Positions 49,598-49,797 of a DNA stretch of 49,797 nucleotides are shown piece by piece. The stretch is taken from positions 1-49,797 of the forward strand of contig JBBRSB010000035.1 of assembly GCA_038245785.1 (NCBI GenBank). Direction: 5' to 3'. A model generated the notes under the pieces. It made no database searches. It had not been told where the DNA came from and saw nothing but the letters and a program-made list of their open reading frames with translations. Position 1 is the first letter of the stretch, and each line of letters starts with the position of its first letter. The DNA comes from Gloeobacterales cyanobacterium. GTDB lineage: Bacteria > Cyanobacteriota > Cyanobacteriia > Gloeobacterales > PMM-0068. A program made the translations under genes and the position numbers.

Positions 49598-49632
49598 GCA
49601 AGAGAAAGCATATCGCTCCATAGTCTAGTCCC
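49598..49632 (+). repeat. 35-bp direct repeat, copy 2
   Basis: Identical to 48739-48773. Confidence 0.9.
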
Positions 49633-49642
49633 TCTCAAGGGC

Positions 49643-49797
49643 AGGGCTGATTCATACTCCTGAGTCTTGAACCCCTCAGGCCCTACGGGCCAGCTCCCCT
49701 TAAGGGGAGCCTCCTCTGGGGGCAGAAAGATAGTTTGGATTTGGGTGCAAACACTACCCAAGCGATAGTCCACGCTATCTACTGCTTGGATGCCTAA
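49643..49797 (+). repeat. Structured dispersed repeat, copy B (runs off the window)
   Basis: Matches 3622-3799 without the loop insert. Confidence 0.9.

Noticed and set aside
3622..49797. CRISPR array among the repeats
   Set aside because: Repeats are dispersed or nested, with no regular repeat-spacer periodicity and no cas genes.

Overview
Cyanobacterial chromosomal window: it carries chlI, a PucC-type transporter, a cyanobacteriochrome GAF and an SLH porin. The core proteins look Gloeobacterales-like, which is my inference. In order it holds: (1) the end of an IS5-family element next to a response regulator, a REC-GAF histidine kinase and a hemerythrin gene; (2) a GntR-controlled amine-nitrogen cluster (glxBCD/mgsABC-like, DAO-family oxidase, porin) with three matching operators; (3) a defence island at about 15.2-30.3 kb; (4) stress and housekeeping genes (acid phosphatase, hsp20, cbpA-type DnaJ, two tRNA-Arg flanking dxs, acs, Csp3-like, chlI, ABC exporter, pucC, pfpI). 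The island has a three-gene BREX-6-derived module (apparently catalytically degenerate PglZ, BrxD ATPase, Lhr-like helicase) followed by a type I R-M locus. In that locus hsdM and hsdR are each interrupted by one in-frame TAG at a probable conserved Trp codon, passenger genes sit behind repeated copies of the hsdM 3' end, and G/C skew is mirrored around the hsdS TRDs. Intergenic DNA holds a MITE matching the IS end, REP palindromes, a RAYT remnant and nested hairpin mini-repeats. No CRISPR array was seen. Family assignments come from motif recognition only; no database searches were run.
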